From Candidatus Fervidifonticultor secundus (GTDB lineage: Bacteria > Sysuimicrobiota > Sysuimicrobiia > Sysuimicrobiales > Humicultoraceae): DNA of 64,000 nucleotides. The position numbers and the translations under genes were made by a program. Numbering within the stretch: position 1 is the stretch's first letter; every line of letters begins with the position of its first letter. Where the stretch lies: positions 96,001 to 160,000 of the forward strand of contig JAVKIP010000001.1 of the NCBI GenBank assembly GCA_031459385.1, in the 5' to 3' direction. The notes beneath the pieces are model-generated. The model saw only the letters and a program-made list of their open reading frames with translations, was not told where the DNA came from and did no database searches. This document shows positions 55,863 to 64,000 of the stretch, piece after piece.

Positions 55863-56786
55863 GTGCGGCGGGCGGAGCGCGGATCGCTGGCGGCGGCGCC
55901 CCCGGGAGCCGGGGCCCGGGCGGCGGGCTCGCCCTGGACCCTGGTGGGGCGCGGCGTGGGGCGGGTGAGCCTGTACCTGGCGCTCGGTGCCCTGGCCGCG
56001 GTCTTCCTGGTGCCGTACCTCTGGATGGCTGCGTCCTCGCTGCGCCCGCAGGCCGAGATCTTCCGGTACGTATCGCCGCTGTCGTGGCGGACGTTCGTGC
56101 CGGACGTGCTGACCCTCGACGCCTACCGCGAGCTGTTCCGGCTGGTGCCCTTTCCCTTCTCGCGCTACCTGCTCAACAGCGTGTTCGTGGCCACGACGGT
56201 CACCCTCCTGAGCCTGGTCGTCAACGCCATGGCCGCCTACGCCTTCGCCCGCCTGGCGTTCCCCGGGCGCGAGGTCCTCTTCGCGCTGTTCCTGAGCACG
56301 ATGATCGTGCCGTTCGAAGTGCTGGCCATTCCGCTCTACCTGCAGGTGCGCGCGCTGGGCTGGGTCAACACGTACCAGGCGCTGATCATCCCGTGGGTGG
56401 CCAACCCCCTGGGCATCTTCCTGCTGCGGCAGTTCTTCCAGGAGATCCCCCGGGAGCTGGAGGAGGCCGCCCGCATCGACGGGTGCTCGTACTACGGCGC
56501 GTTCCGGCACGTCGTGCTGCCCAACGCCGTTCCCGCCCTGGTCGCGTTCGCCCTGATCCGCTTCCAGGCCAGCTGGGACGCGTTCCTGTGGCCGCTGATC
56601 GCGGCGCCGGCGGCGGAGAAGCGGGTGATCCAGGTGGCGATCGCCAGCTTTGCCACCGAGGTGCAGACGCGCTGGGACCTGACGTTCGCGGCCAGCACGA
56701 TGGCCACCGTGCCCATCATCGTCGTCTTCCTGATCCTGCAGCGCTACTACGTGCAGGGGGTCGTGATGAGCGGGCTCAAGGGATGA
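55863..56786 (+). CDS. Carbohydrate-type ABC permease
   Basis: IPRELEEAARIDG, WDAFLWPL. Confidence 0.9.
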   Translation: MRRAERGSLAAAPPGAGARAAGSPWTLVGRGVGRVSLYLALGALAAVFLVPYLWMAASSLRPQAEIFRYVSPLSWRTFVPDVLTLDAYRELFRLVPFPFSRYLLNSVFVATTVTLLSLVVNAMAAYAFARLAFPGREVLFALFLSTMIVPFEVLAIPLYLQVRALGWVNTYQALIIPWVANPLGIFLLRQFFQEIPRELEEAARIDGCSYYGAFRHVVLPNAVPALVAFALIRFQASWDAFLWPLIAAPAAEKRVIQVAIASFATEVQTRWDLTFAASTMATVPIIVVFLILQRYYVQGVVMSGLKG

Positions 56787-56904
56787 GGAGGACGCAGGTA
56801 CCGCGCGGGTGGCCGGCACGCGGCGGCCGGTGCGACGCGCCACCCTGGCGGATGCGGCACGCCAGCCTGTGGGCGTGCCGCGGCTTCGGACACTGGAGGA
56901 CGGG

Positions 56905-57990
56905 ATGAGCATGTACACCCACGACGCGATGCTCGCCGAGCTGCGCGCGATCGCCGCATCGGCCCGGCACGTGACGATCGACCGCGAGCAACTCGCCCGC
57001 GTGGCGGCGGTGCTGCGGGGCCGGCTGGGCGTCGACGACTTCCACATCCGCCGCGACTGTCCGTCGCTGGCGCCGGCGGAGGCGCTGCAGTTCTCCCTGG
57101 TGGCCGGGACCCACAACTTCCTCATCTGGCAGCGGACGTCCGGCGGCGGGGTCGAGCCCTGGCGCGCCTGCGTCGACGGCGAGGAGCGCTACGGGGCGCC
57201 GGCGATCTACGCCTGCCACCTGCGCGCCCTCCGCACGGGCCGGAACATCCTGGACGCGGACTACCTGGTGTCGATGACGCTGGCCGACATGGAGGACTAC
57301 TACCGCGACGAGCGCACCGGCGCGGTGACCCTGCAGTTCCTCCCACAGCGGCTGGCCAAGTTCCACGAGGTGGGCCGCGTGCTCCGCGAGCGCTACAGCG
57401 GCTCGTTCGTCACGCTGCTGGAGCGCGCCGAAGGCTGGCTGTTCCGGCCCGATGGCCAGGGGATCGCGCAGCGGCTCCTGGAGGACTTCCCGCTGTCGTA
57501 CGGCGACTGGCCGTTCTGCAAGCTGGTGATGGTCACCCTGGGCAACCTCTACGCCGACCGGGAGCACCTGGGGCCGGCGGGGACACCCGCCCGCGCGCTG
57601 GTGGACCTGCGGGACCCCGAGCACCTCGAGGTCGGGGCCGACTACTACCGACCGTTCTTCCTGTACCGGGTCGGCGTACTGCGGGTGAGCGAGGCGCTGC
57701 GGGCACGACTGCAGCAGCGGGTCCTGGTCGAGCGCGACAGCCCCATGGAGCGAGAATACCGCGCCTGGACGATCCTGGCAGCGCGGGAACTGGCCGAGCG
57801 CCTGGGCGTGCTGCCGCACGAACTGGCGAAGGAAACGTGGGCCATGGCCTTCATGCGCTGTCGGCCCTGTCACCCCGGGGTCGATCCGCAGGTGGTGCCG
57901 TGCGACTACCGGGAGACCTGCCACGCGTATACACGGGACCCGGCGCTCATGGACGCACTCTGGCCCCTGGTGCACACGCCGTGGTACTGA
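56905..57990 (+). CDS. Queuosine-salvage (Qng1/DUF2419)-like N-glycosylase, paralog 1
   Basis: HVTID start, NF..W, PFCKL, ADY, E.EYRA, C-terminal P...T..Y; Cys-rich insert. Confidence 0.65.
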   Translation: MSMYTHDAMLAELRAIAASARHVTIDREQLARVAAVLRGRLGVDDFHIRRDCPSLAPAEALQFSLVAGTHNFLIWQRTSGGGVEPWRACVDGEERYGAPAIYACHLRALRTGRNILDADYLVSMTLADMEDYYRDERTGAVTLQFLPQRLAKFHEVGRVLRERYSGSFVTLLERAEGWLFRPDGQGIAQRLLEDFPLSYGDWPFCKLVMVTLGNLYADREHLGPAGTPARALVDLRDPEHLEVGADYYRPFFLYRVGVLRVSEALRARLQQRVLVERDSPMEREYRAWTILAARELAERLGVLPHELAKETWAMAFMRCRPCHPGVDPQVVPCDYRETCHAYTRDPALMDALWPLVHTPWY

Positions 57991-58009
57991 GCTGACCGGA
58001 GGAGGCCCC

Positions 58010-59113
58010 ATGCCGTATACCCACGAGGCGATGCGCCGCGAGATCGACGGCCTTGTCGGTTCCGCGGTCCACGTGACGATCGACGACGGCGCGGTGGCGG
58101 GCGTCGCCACCGTGATGCGCCAGCAGCTGGCCGCGGGCGGCGCGGCTTTCCAGACCGACCCCCAGCGGTACCCCGCCGAGTCGCCGGCCGAGAACACCCG
58201 TGATACGCTGCAGTTCTACCTGGTGCTGACCTCGCAGGAGTTCTGCATCTGGCGGCGCCGGACCGACGGTGCCGTCGAGGCCTGGGAGATCGAGATCGAT
58301 GGAGTGCGGTTCGTGGGCGCCCGCGGCATCGCCGCGGCACACATGCGCGCGCTGCGCCGGGGTCGGGACATCCTCGACGCCCGCTACCTGGCGGCGATGA
58401 CCCTCGACGATGTACGCGACTTCTACCGCGACGAGCGGACCGGCGAGGTCACCCTGCAGCTGCTGCCGCAGCGGCTGGCCAAGTTCAACGAATTGGGGCG
58501 GGTGCTGCTCGAGCGCTACGGCGGCCACGCGGCCAACCTGCTGGAGGCCGCCGGGGGGTATCTGTTCCGCGGCGACGACCAGGGGCTGATCCAGCGGCTG
58601 CTGCTGGACTTCCCCACGGCGTACTTCGACTGGCCGTTCTGCAAGCTGGCCATCCTCTACCCGAAGTTTCTGAGCACGCGGGCCACCGATGGGGTGCCGA
58701 CCACGGCGGAGTACCGGGCGCGGGCGCGCATCCACGACCCCGAGCACTTCGAGATCGCCGCCGACTACTACATCCCGCTGTTCTTCATCCGCACCGGGAT
58801 CTTCCGTGTCGACGACGAGCTAGCCAGGCGTCTGCGCGCGCAGCAACTCATCGAGCGCGACAGCCGCATGGAACGCGAGTACCGCGCGGCGACCATCGTG
58901 GCCGGTCGGCGGCTGGCCGAAGCCACCGGCGCCACGGTCAACGCCGTGGACACGGAGTGCTGGCGCATGGGCTACCTGGGGTGCCGACCGTGCCGGCTCG
59001 GCGTGAGCGACACCGAGCATCCGTGCGCCTACCGCGGCATCTCCCGCGCCTACCAGCAGGAACACGCGCTGATGGAGCTGCGGTGGCCGCTGGTGCTCAC
59101 CACGTGCTACTGA
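58010..59113 (+). CDS. Queuosine-salvage (Qng1/DUF2419)-like N-glycosylase, paralog 2
   Basis: Clearly homologous to paralog 1 (YRDERTG.VTLQ.LPQRLAKF, DWPFCKL, ADYY, ERDS.MEREYRA); NAVD..W; PLVLTTCY. Confidence 0.68.
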   Translation: MPYTHEAMRREIDGLVGSAVHVTIDDGAVAGVATVMRQQLAAGGAAFQTDPQRYPAESPAENTRDTLQFYLVLTSQEFCIWRRRTDGAVEAWEIEIDGVRFVGARGIAAAHMRALRRGRDILDARYLAAMTLDDVRDFYRDERTGEVTLQLLPQRLAKFNELGRVLLERYGGHAANLLEAAGGYLFRGDDQGLIQRLLLDFPTAYFDWPFCKLAILYPKFLSTRATDGVPTTAEYRARARIHDPEHFEIAADYYIPLFFIRTGIFRVDDELARRLRAQQLIERDSRMEREYRAATIVAGRRLAEATGATVNAVDTECWRMGYLGCRPCRLGVSDTEHPCAYRGISRAYQQEHALMELRWPLVLTTCY

Positions 59114-59190
59114 CGGTCCCCGGCGGCGGCCCGCGCGTCCGCGCCGCGCCGCCTGGCGCCGTCACTGCCGCGTGTTGAGGAGGACCCCGT

Positions 59191-60129
59191 GTGCGCGTGA
59201 TCATCGACACCGATCCAGGCATCGACGACACCGCGGCCATCTTCCTCGGGCTGGCGGCGGGGCTGCAGGTGGAGGCCGTCACCACGGTCTTCGGCAACAC
59301 GGACGTCGAGCACTGCACGCGCAACGCGCTCGTCGTCCTCGAAGCCGCTGGCCGCCCGGACATCCCCGTGCACCCCGGGGCGGCGGGGCCGTTGATTCGC
59401 GAGCCCACCTACGGAAGGGCGATTCACGGAGAGAACGGGCTCGGCGACATCGAGGTGCCGGCGCCGGCACAGGCGCCCGCCCCGGGAGGTGCCGTGGAGG
59501 CGATCATCCAGCGGGTCCTCCAGGCGCCCGGCGAGATCACGCTGCTCGCCCTGGGGCCGCTCACCAACGTCGCGCTGGCGCTGGCCGCCGAGCCCCGCCT
59601 GGCCCGCGCGGTGCGCCGCATCGTGGTCATGGGCGGCGCCGTGCTCACCTGGGGCAACGTCACGCCGGCCGCCTCCGCCAACCTCTACAACGACCCCGAG
59701 GCGGCGCGGCTCGTGTACCGGTCGGGCGCGCCGCTGGCGCAGGTGGGGCTCGACGTCTGCCGGCCGACGGTGATTCCCGCAGACCACCTGGCGCGGCTGC
59801 GGCAGGCGCCGCATCCCGCGGTCGGGCTGCTGCTGCGGGTCACCCCCTTCATCCAGGAGGCGTACCGCCGGCGGGGCATCGCGGCGGTGGCCGGCGGCGG
59901 CGTGCAGTACAACGACGTGGTCTGCATGGCCTACGCACTGCGCCCCGCCCTGTTCCGGACGCGACACCTCCCCGTGGACATCGAGACGCAGGGGGCGCTG
60001 ACGGCGGGTGCCACCGTGGCGGACTTCGACGGCCGGTGGGGGCGGCCCGCCAACGCCGACGTCGCCCTCGAGGTCGACGCCGCGGGCGTGGCCGACTTCT
60101 TCACGGAGACGCTGCTGGCCTGGCGGTAG
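59191..60129 (+). CDS. Nucleoside hydrolase (IU-NH family)
   Basis: IIDTDPGIDD Ca-binding motif, TTVFGN, HGENGLG, LGPLTN, MGGA, DPEAA. Confidence 0.92.
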   Translation: MRVIIDTDPGIDDTAAIFLGLAAGLQVEAVTTVFGNTDVEHCTRNALVVLEAAGRPDIPVHPGAAGPLIREPTYGRAIHGENGLGDIEVPAPAQAPAPGGAVEAIIQRVLQAPGEITLLALGPLTNVALALAAEPRLARAVRRIVVMGGAVLTWGNVTPAASANLYNDPEAARLVYRSGAPLAQVGLDVCRPTVIPADHLARLRQAPHPAVGLLLRVTPFIQEAYRRRGIAAVAGGGVQYNDVVCMAYALRPALFRTRHLPVDIETQGALTAGATVADFDGRWGRPANADVALEVDAAGVADFFTETLLAWR

Positions 60130-60157
60130 CGGCGCAGCGCACGAAGGAGGTGCAGCC

Positions 60158-60955
60158 GTGCGACTGGCGGGGAAGGTGGCGGTCATCACCGGGGGCGCGC
60201 AGGGTATCGGGCTGGCGATCGCCAGGCGGTTTGGGGCCGAAGGTGCGGCGGTCGTCGTCGCTGATATCGACGAGGCGCGTGGTGCGGCGGCGGCCGCGTC
60301 GCTGCGCGACCGGGGAACGCAGGCGGTGTTCGAGCCCACCGACGTGTCGGACGCCGGGCAGGTCGCCCGGCTCTTCGCCCGCGCGGCGGAGACGTTGGGC
60401 AGGGTGGACGTGTTGGTGAACAACGCAGGCCTGGTCCACGGCCCCGCGGTCGAGCGCCACTTCCTCGACACCGACGAGGCGACCTGGGACCGCGTGATGG
60501 CCGTGAACCTCAAGGGCGTCTACCTCTGCTCCTGGCACGCCGCCCGCTACATGGTGGCCCGCCGCGCCGGCTGCATCATCAGCATGAGTTCGTGCGGCGC
60601 CACGCGTGCTCACCGCCACCGGGTGGCCTATGACGCGGCGAAGGGCGCGATCGAGGCCGCCACCCGCGCCATGGCCCTCGACCTGGCCCCGTGGGGCATC
60701 CGCGTGAACGCCATCGCGCCGGGCGCGATCGCCGTGGAACGCCGCAGCCCGGTGGGCGAGGAAGGGCAGGTGGCCGTCGGCGACGTCATCCCGCTGGCGC
60801 GTCTGGGCACGGGCGACGATGTGGCAGGCGCTGCGGTCTACCTGGCCTCCGACGACGCCGCCTACCTGACGGGGGTCGTCATTACCGTCGACGGGGGTCT
60901 GTCAGCGCAGCTGCGGTCGCCGGCGGTCGACGTCAAGGTCGCGGTGGCCGGGTAG
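60158..60955 (+). CDS. SDR family oxidoreductase
   Basis: TGGAQGIG, NNAG, YDAAK, RVNAIAPG. Confidence 0.92.
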   Translation: MRLAGKVAVITGGAQGIGLAIARRFGAEGAAVVVADIDEARGAAAAASLRDRGTQAVFEPTDVSDAGQVARLFARAAETLGRVDVLVNNAGLVHGPAVERHFLDTDEATWDRVMAVNLKGVYLCSWHAARYMVARRAGCIISMSSCGATRAHRHRVAYDAAKGAIEAATRAMALDLAPWGIRVNAIAPGAIAVERRSPVGEEGQVAVGDVIPLARLGTGDDVAGAAVYLASDDAAYLTGVVITVDGGLSAQLRSPAVDVKVAVAG

Positions 60956-60971
60956 GGGCCCGCACCATCGG

Positions 60972-62132
60972 TCACTCGTGCGGTGCGGGGTCGATCTGCG
61001 TGGGCACAGCCCCTCCGATGGCGACGTGACCCCTTCGCATCGACGTGGAGTTTCGTTGCTCCGCATGGTTTCGGATGAGGGCCAGGGTGCGGTAGACGGC
61101 GTGGATGAACTTGCCGTGGGCTGCCGTCACGTACAGCGCCGCGACGAAACCGAGGTGAACCGCAAGGGTCATCCCCATCAGGACCGTCTCCCGCAGGGAG
61201 AGCGTCAGCATCCCCGTCACGTTGGTCATCCCGAGGATGGACAGGAACAGGTAGTCGCTGGCGATCGATGCGCGAGCCGACGGCTCCTGGTCGCTCCCAC
61301 GCTTTGCGTGCCAGAGGCCCACGCATCCCGCGATCATGGCCAGGCCGCCGACCGTTCCCAGGACGACCGGGAGGCTCAGGAGCGGGTAGGGAGGCAACCG
61401 TCCCAGCAGCTCTTGATAGATGGCTGCGGATGTCGTGGAGGCGAAAGCGGCGATGAACCCGTAGAAGACCAGACCGTGGAAGACGCGACGGCTGTGGGAT
61501 GGACGCTCGGTTGGATAGGGGCAACCACCCCCGCCCCCGCGCAGCCATCGCATGCGCAGGACGTCCCAGGCGGCTAACGCGAGGTCGCGCGCACGCACGG
61601 GGATGGCAGCGGAACCGGATTCGCGCCAGAACTGGACGCCGGCGATACCCCAGATGCCCAGCCAGTAGCCCCCGAGGCCCAGGCCTACCGCGAGCATGAC
61701 CCAGTGCGGGATGACCCGGTAGAAGGCCCCCGGACCCGTGTGGACCATGAACAACCGGGGGCCTGCGATCCACGCCGCCAGAGCCGTGACGATGAGCATC
61801 ACTCCAGCCACGGCGCCGACGGCGGCTTTGGCATCACGGTAGAGAAAACGCATGAATCCTGGCCAGGTATGCGCCTGGTAGGTTTCGCCCCGCACGTCGG
61901 CCAGGACCCGCGGGATGTTCACCGCAAACTCATGGGGCGGAGCATACATGCAGGCGTAGTAGCAAGCGCGGCAGTCGTGACAGAGGCTGGCGAGGTAGAC
62001 GATGTCACCATCCGCAACGGCGCGGCGGAGTTCCAGCGCAGGAAAGACCGCGCAGAAGCCCTCGCAGTACCTGCAGGCGTTGCAGATCGTCAGCTGGCGC
62101 TGGGCGTCTTGTAGTACCTCAGCGCGTCGCAT
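60972..62132 (-). CDS. tcuB: Tricarballylate utilization 4Fe-4S membrane protein
   Basis: ICNACRYCEGFCAVFP, CHDCRACYYACMYAPPHEF, GKFIH. Confidence 0.9.
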   Translation of the reverse strand: MRRAEVLQDAQRQLTICNACRYCEGFCAVFPALELRRAVADGDIVYLASLCHDCRACYYACMYAPPHEFAVNIPRVLADVRGETYQAHTWPGFMRFLYRDAKAAVGAVAGVMLIVTALAAWIAGPRLFMVHTGPGAFYRVIPHWVMLAVGLGLGGYWLGIWGIAGVQFWRESGSAAIPVRARDLALAAWDVLRMRWLRGGGGGCPYPTERPSHSRRVFHGLVFYGFIAAFASTTSAAIYQELLGRLPPYPLLSLPVVLGTVGGLAMIAGCVGLWHAKRGSDQEPSARASIASDYLFLSILGMTNVTGMLTLSLRETVLMGMTLAVHLGFVAALYVTAAHGKFIHAVYRTLALIRNHAEQRNSTSMRRGHVAIGGAVPTQIDPAPHE

Positions 62133-63522
62133 GCCTGACCGCTTCCGTACCGGCTATGCGTCCAAACACCGTCCCGATGGTCATACCGATGCCCGCGAGG
62201 TACCCACGGGTGAGGATGTTGCCTGCCATGATCTCGCCGGCTGCGTAGAGATTTCGAAAGGGGGTGCCGTCCTTTTGCAGGACGCGCGCGCAAGCGTCGG
62301 CGGCGACACCCAGGTACGTGAACGTGATGCCCGGGCGCGTGGGAAAGGCGTGGAACGGCGGGTGTTCGATCGGTAGCGCCCAGTTGCTCTTGGGCGGGTG
62401 GAGGCCGCGTGTGCTCGCTCCGTCGAGGACGTCGGGTTGGATGTGCGTGTTGTGGCGGGTCGCCTGGTTGAACTCCTCGACGGTCCGCACGAACTCCATG
62501 CGGTCGAGGCCAAACTGCGCGTCGAGCTGACCGGCGAGGTCGACGAGTGATCGGGCTGTCAGCGGGGGAAACATCGGGGGAATGAAGCCGTCGATGGTGC
62601 GTGCGTCGAGTACCGCAAACGCGATCTGGCCCGGCTGCTGGGCGATGAGCCTGCCCCAGATCGCGTACCGCTTCGGCCACAGGTCCTCGCCCTCGTCGTA
62701 GAAGCGCCTGCCGAGGCGGTTGACGACGATGCCCAGGGGAATCGCGTCGACCCGCGTGGCAATGCCGCCGTCGTACTTGGGAGCGCGGGCGTCCACGGCG
62801 ACGCCATGGAACTCGCGAGGATCTCCCACGGCGAGGGCGCCCTTGCCGAGCAGGAGGTGCAGCAGTGTCCCGTCGTTGTACGGTGTGCCGCGCACGATGA
62901 AGTTCCTGGCCGCCGGCCCCCAGTGGTCCGAGAGCCAGTCCAGGTTGGCCTCGAAGCCACCGGCGGCGATCACGGCAGCCTTGCCACGGATCACTCCCCC
63001 GTCGGCGGTGACCACACCCTCCAGGTGCGGACCGTCCAGGAGCAGGTCGACGACGCCGGTGTCGTAGAGGACGTCCACGCCCAGGCGCGCGATGCGGTCG
63101 TAGTAGGCGTTGAGGAGAGCTTTGCCGCCGCCCAGGAAGAAGAGGTTCGTGCGACTCAGCGCGAGGGTGCCGGCGATCGGTGCCTGCCACCTGGCACCGC
63201 GTGCCGCCATCCAGTGCGGTACGTCTCTGGACGCCTGTACCAGCAACCGGGTCAGGTCGTGGTTGAGCGGGGTGCCAGTGACACCGATCAGGTCCTCCAG
63301 AAACTCGGCCTCCGTGTACACGCCCGTCATGTAGGAGACCTGGGCATCGTGGGCGCAGCGCAGATTGCGCGTGTGACGGCTGTTCCCGCCCCGCATGTGC
63401 TGGGGGGCGCGTTCCAGGACGATGACCCTGGCACCCTGCTCCCGGGCCGCAAGGGCCGCACAGAGGGCTGCATTGCCGCCGCCGACGACGATGACGTCGT
63501 ACTCGGACGAGGCGCGCGACAC
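62119..63522 (-). CDS. tcuA: FAD-dependent tricarballylate dehydrogenase
   Basis: GGGNAALCAA, RGGNSRHTRN, LSRTN.FFLGGGKAL, GITFTYLG; GTG start near 63522. Confidence 0.88.
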   Translation of the reverse strand: MSRASSEYDVIVVGGGNAALCAALAAREQGARVIVLERAPQHMRGGNSRHTRNLRCAHDAQVSYMTGVYTEAEFLEDLIGVTGTPLNHDLTRLLVQASRDVPHWMAARGARWQAPIAGTLALSRTNLFFLGGGKALLNAYYDRIARLGVDVLYDTGVVDLLLDGPHLEGVVTADGGVIRGKAAVIAAGGFEANLDWLSDHWGPAARNFIVRGTPYNDGTLLHLLLGKGALAVGDPREFHGVAVDARAPKYDGGIATRVDAIPLGIVVNRLGRRFYDEGEDLWPKRYAIWGRLIAQQPGQIAFAVLDARTIDGFIPPMFPPLTARSLVDLAGQLDAQFGLDRMEFVRTVEEFNQATRHNTHIQPDVLDGASTRGLHPPKSNWALPIEHPPFHAFPTRPGITFTYLGVAADACARVLQKDGTPFRNLYAAGEIMAGNILTRGYLAGIGMTIGTVFGRIAGTEAVRHATR

Positions 63523-63524
63523 CG

Positions 63525-63998
63525 TCAGGCGCCCGTGCTGGCTGTGGCTGCAGCTCCTCGGTTCATGCGCATGCGTATCATGTGCGCCCGGGCCATGTGT
63601 TGGTGCGCGATGTGGGCGGCGCGTTCCGCGTCGCCCCGCTTGATGGCGTCCAGGAGCTCGCGGTGTTCCCCCAGCGCCTCTTCCGCCCGACCGGGATAGG
63701 TGAGCGTCGTGCCCTGCCGGCGCGCGATCAGGAGCCGGATTCTGTCGAGCTGCCGCGCCAAGTAGCGGTTGCGGGACGCTCGCCAGATGACGGCGTGGAA
63801 CTCGGCGTTCAACCGGGCCAGCGTCGCGACGTCGCCGTCGCGAAAACTCTGCTCCATCTCGCGGGAGAGTTCTTCGAGCAGATACAACTCGGCGCTCGTG
63901 ACCGAGCCAGCTGCGAGCCGTGCTGCGAGGCTTTCCAGGGCCTCGCGGATGACGCACAACTCCGACAGCTCGTCGTAGGGTGGCTCACGCACGATCAC
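63525..63998 (-). CDS. GntR family regulator (FCD domain), truncated by window edge
   Basis: IREALESLAARLAA, NAEFH, SRNRYL, EHRELLDAI, QHM. Confidence 0.85.
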   Translation of the reverse strand: MIVREPPYDELSELCVIREALESLAARLAAGSVTSAELYLLEELSREMEQSFRDGDVATLARLNAEFHAVIWRASRNRYLARQLDRIRLLIARRQGTTLTYPGRAEEALGEHRELLDAIKRGDAERAAHIAHQHMARAHMIRMRMNRGAAATASTGA

Positions 63999-64000
63999 CC

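Noticed and set aside
1..64000. CRISPR arrays, tRNA/rRNA genes, IS elements, prophage or defence systems
   Set aside because: No regularly spaced repeats, cloverleafs, transposase/integrase or nuclease motifs were seen by eye; nearly all sequence is explained by metabolic and transport genes.

Overview
This is a 64 kb, very GC-rich, gene-dense bacterial chromosomal segment. I found no rRNA, tRNA, CRISPR array, integrase or transposase. A T-box riboswitch, ykuK-recR-ybaB-dnaX, a Thermus-like GlnK and many ABC importers suggest a Terrabacteria-type organism (inference only). Blocks in order: (1) anthraniloyl/salicylyl-CoA monooxygenase (abmA-like) cluster with an LLM oxidoreductase and a sugar-type ABC importer; (2) selenocysteine-containing selD divergent from an archease; (3) amt-glnK with a long structured leader; (4) a compositionally distinct Dpp-like/Xaa-Pro peptidase cassette; (5) a Ser T-box controlling a class V aminotransferase, serA and serS; (6) a split Liv-type importer enclosing two uncharacterised proteins, a CopC-CopD fusion and an acyl-CoA ligase; (7) housekeeping genes; (8) two sulfur-related operons (ATP-grasp/small protein/rhodanese, and a TauABC-like importer); (9) a sugar-type ABC importer with two tandem queuosine-salvage (Qng1/DUF2419)-like glycosylases, a nucleoside hydrolase and an SDR; (10) tcuAB with a GntR regulator. 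The top candidate novelty is a shared cis-element upstream of both sulfur operons: a short W...PR[DE]CICP leader ORF followed by an identical hairpin core, consistent with a cysteine-sensing attenuator. The second is the dual Qng1-like operon, which may import and break down a modified nucleoside. All family assignments come from motif recognition, not database searches.
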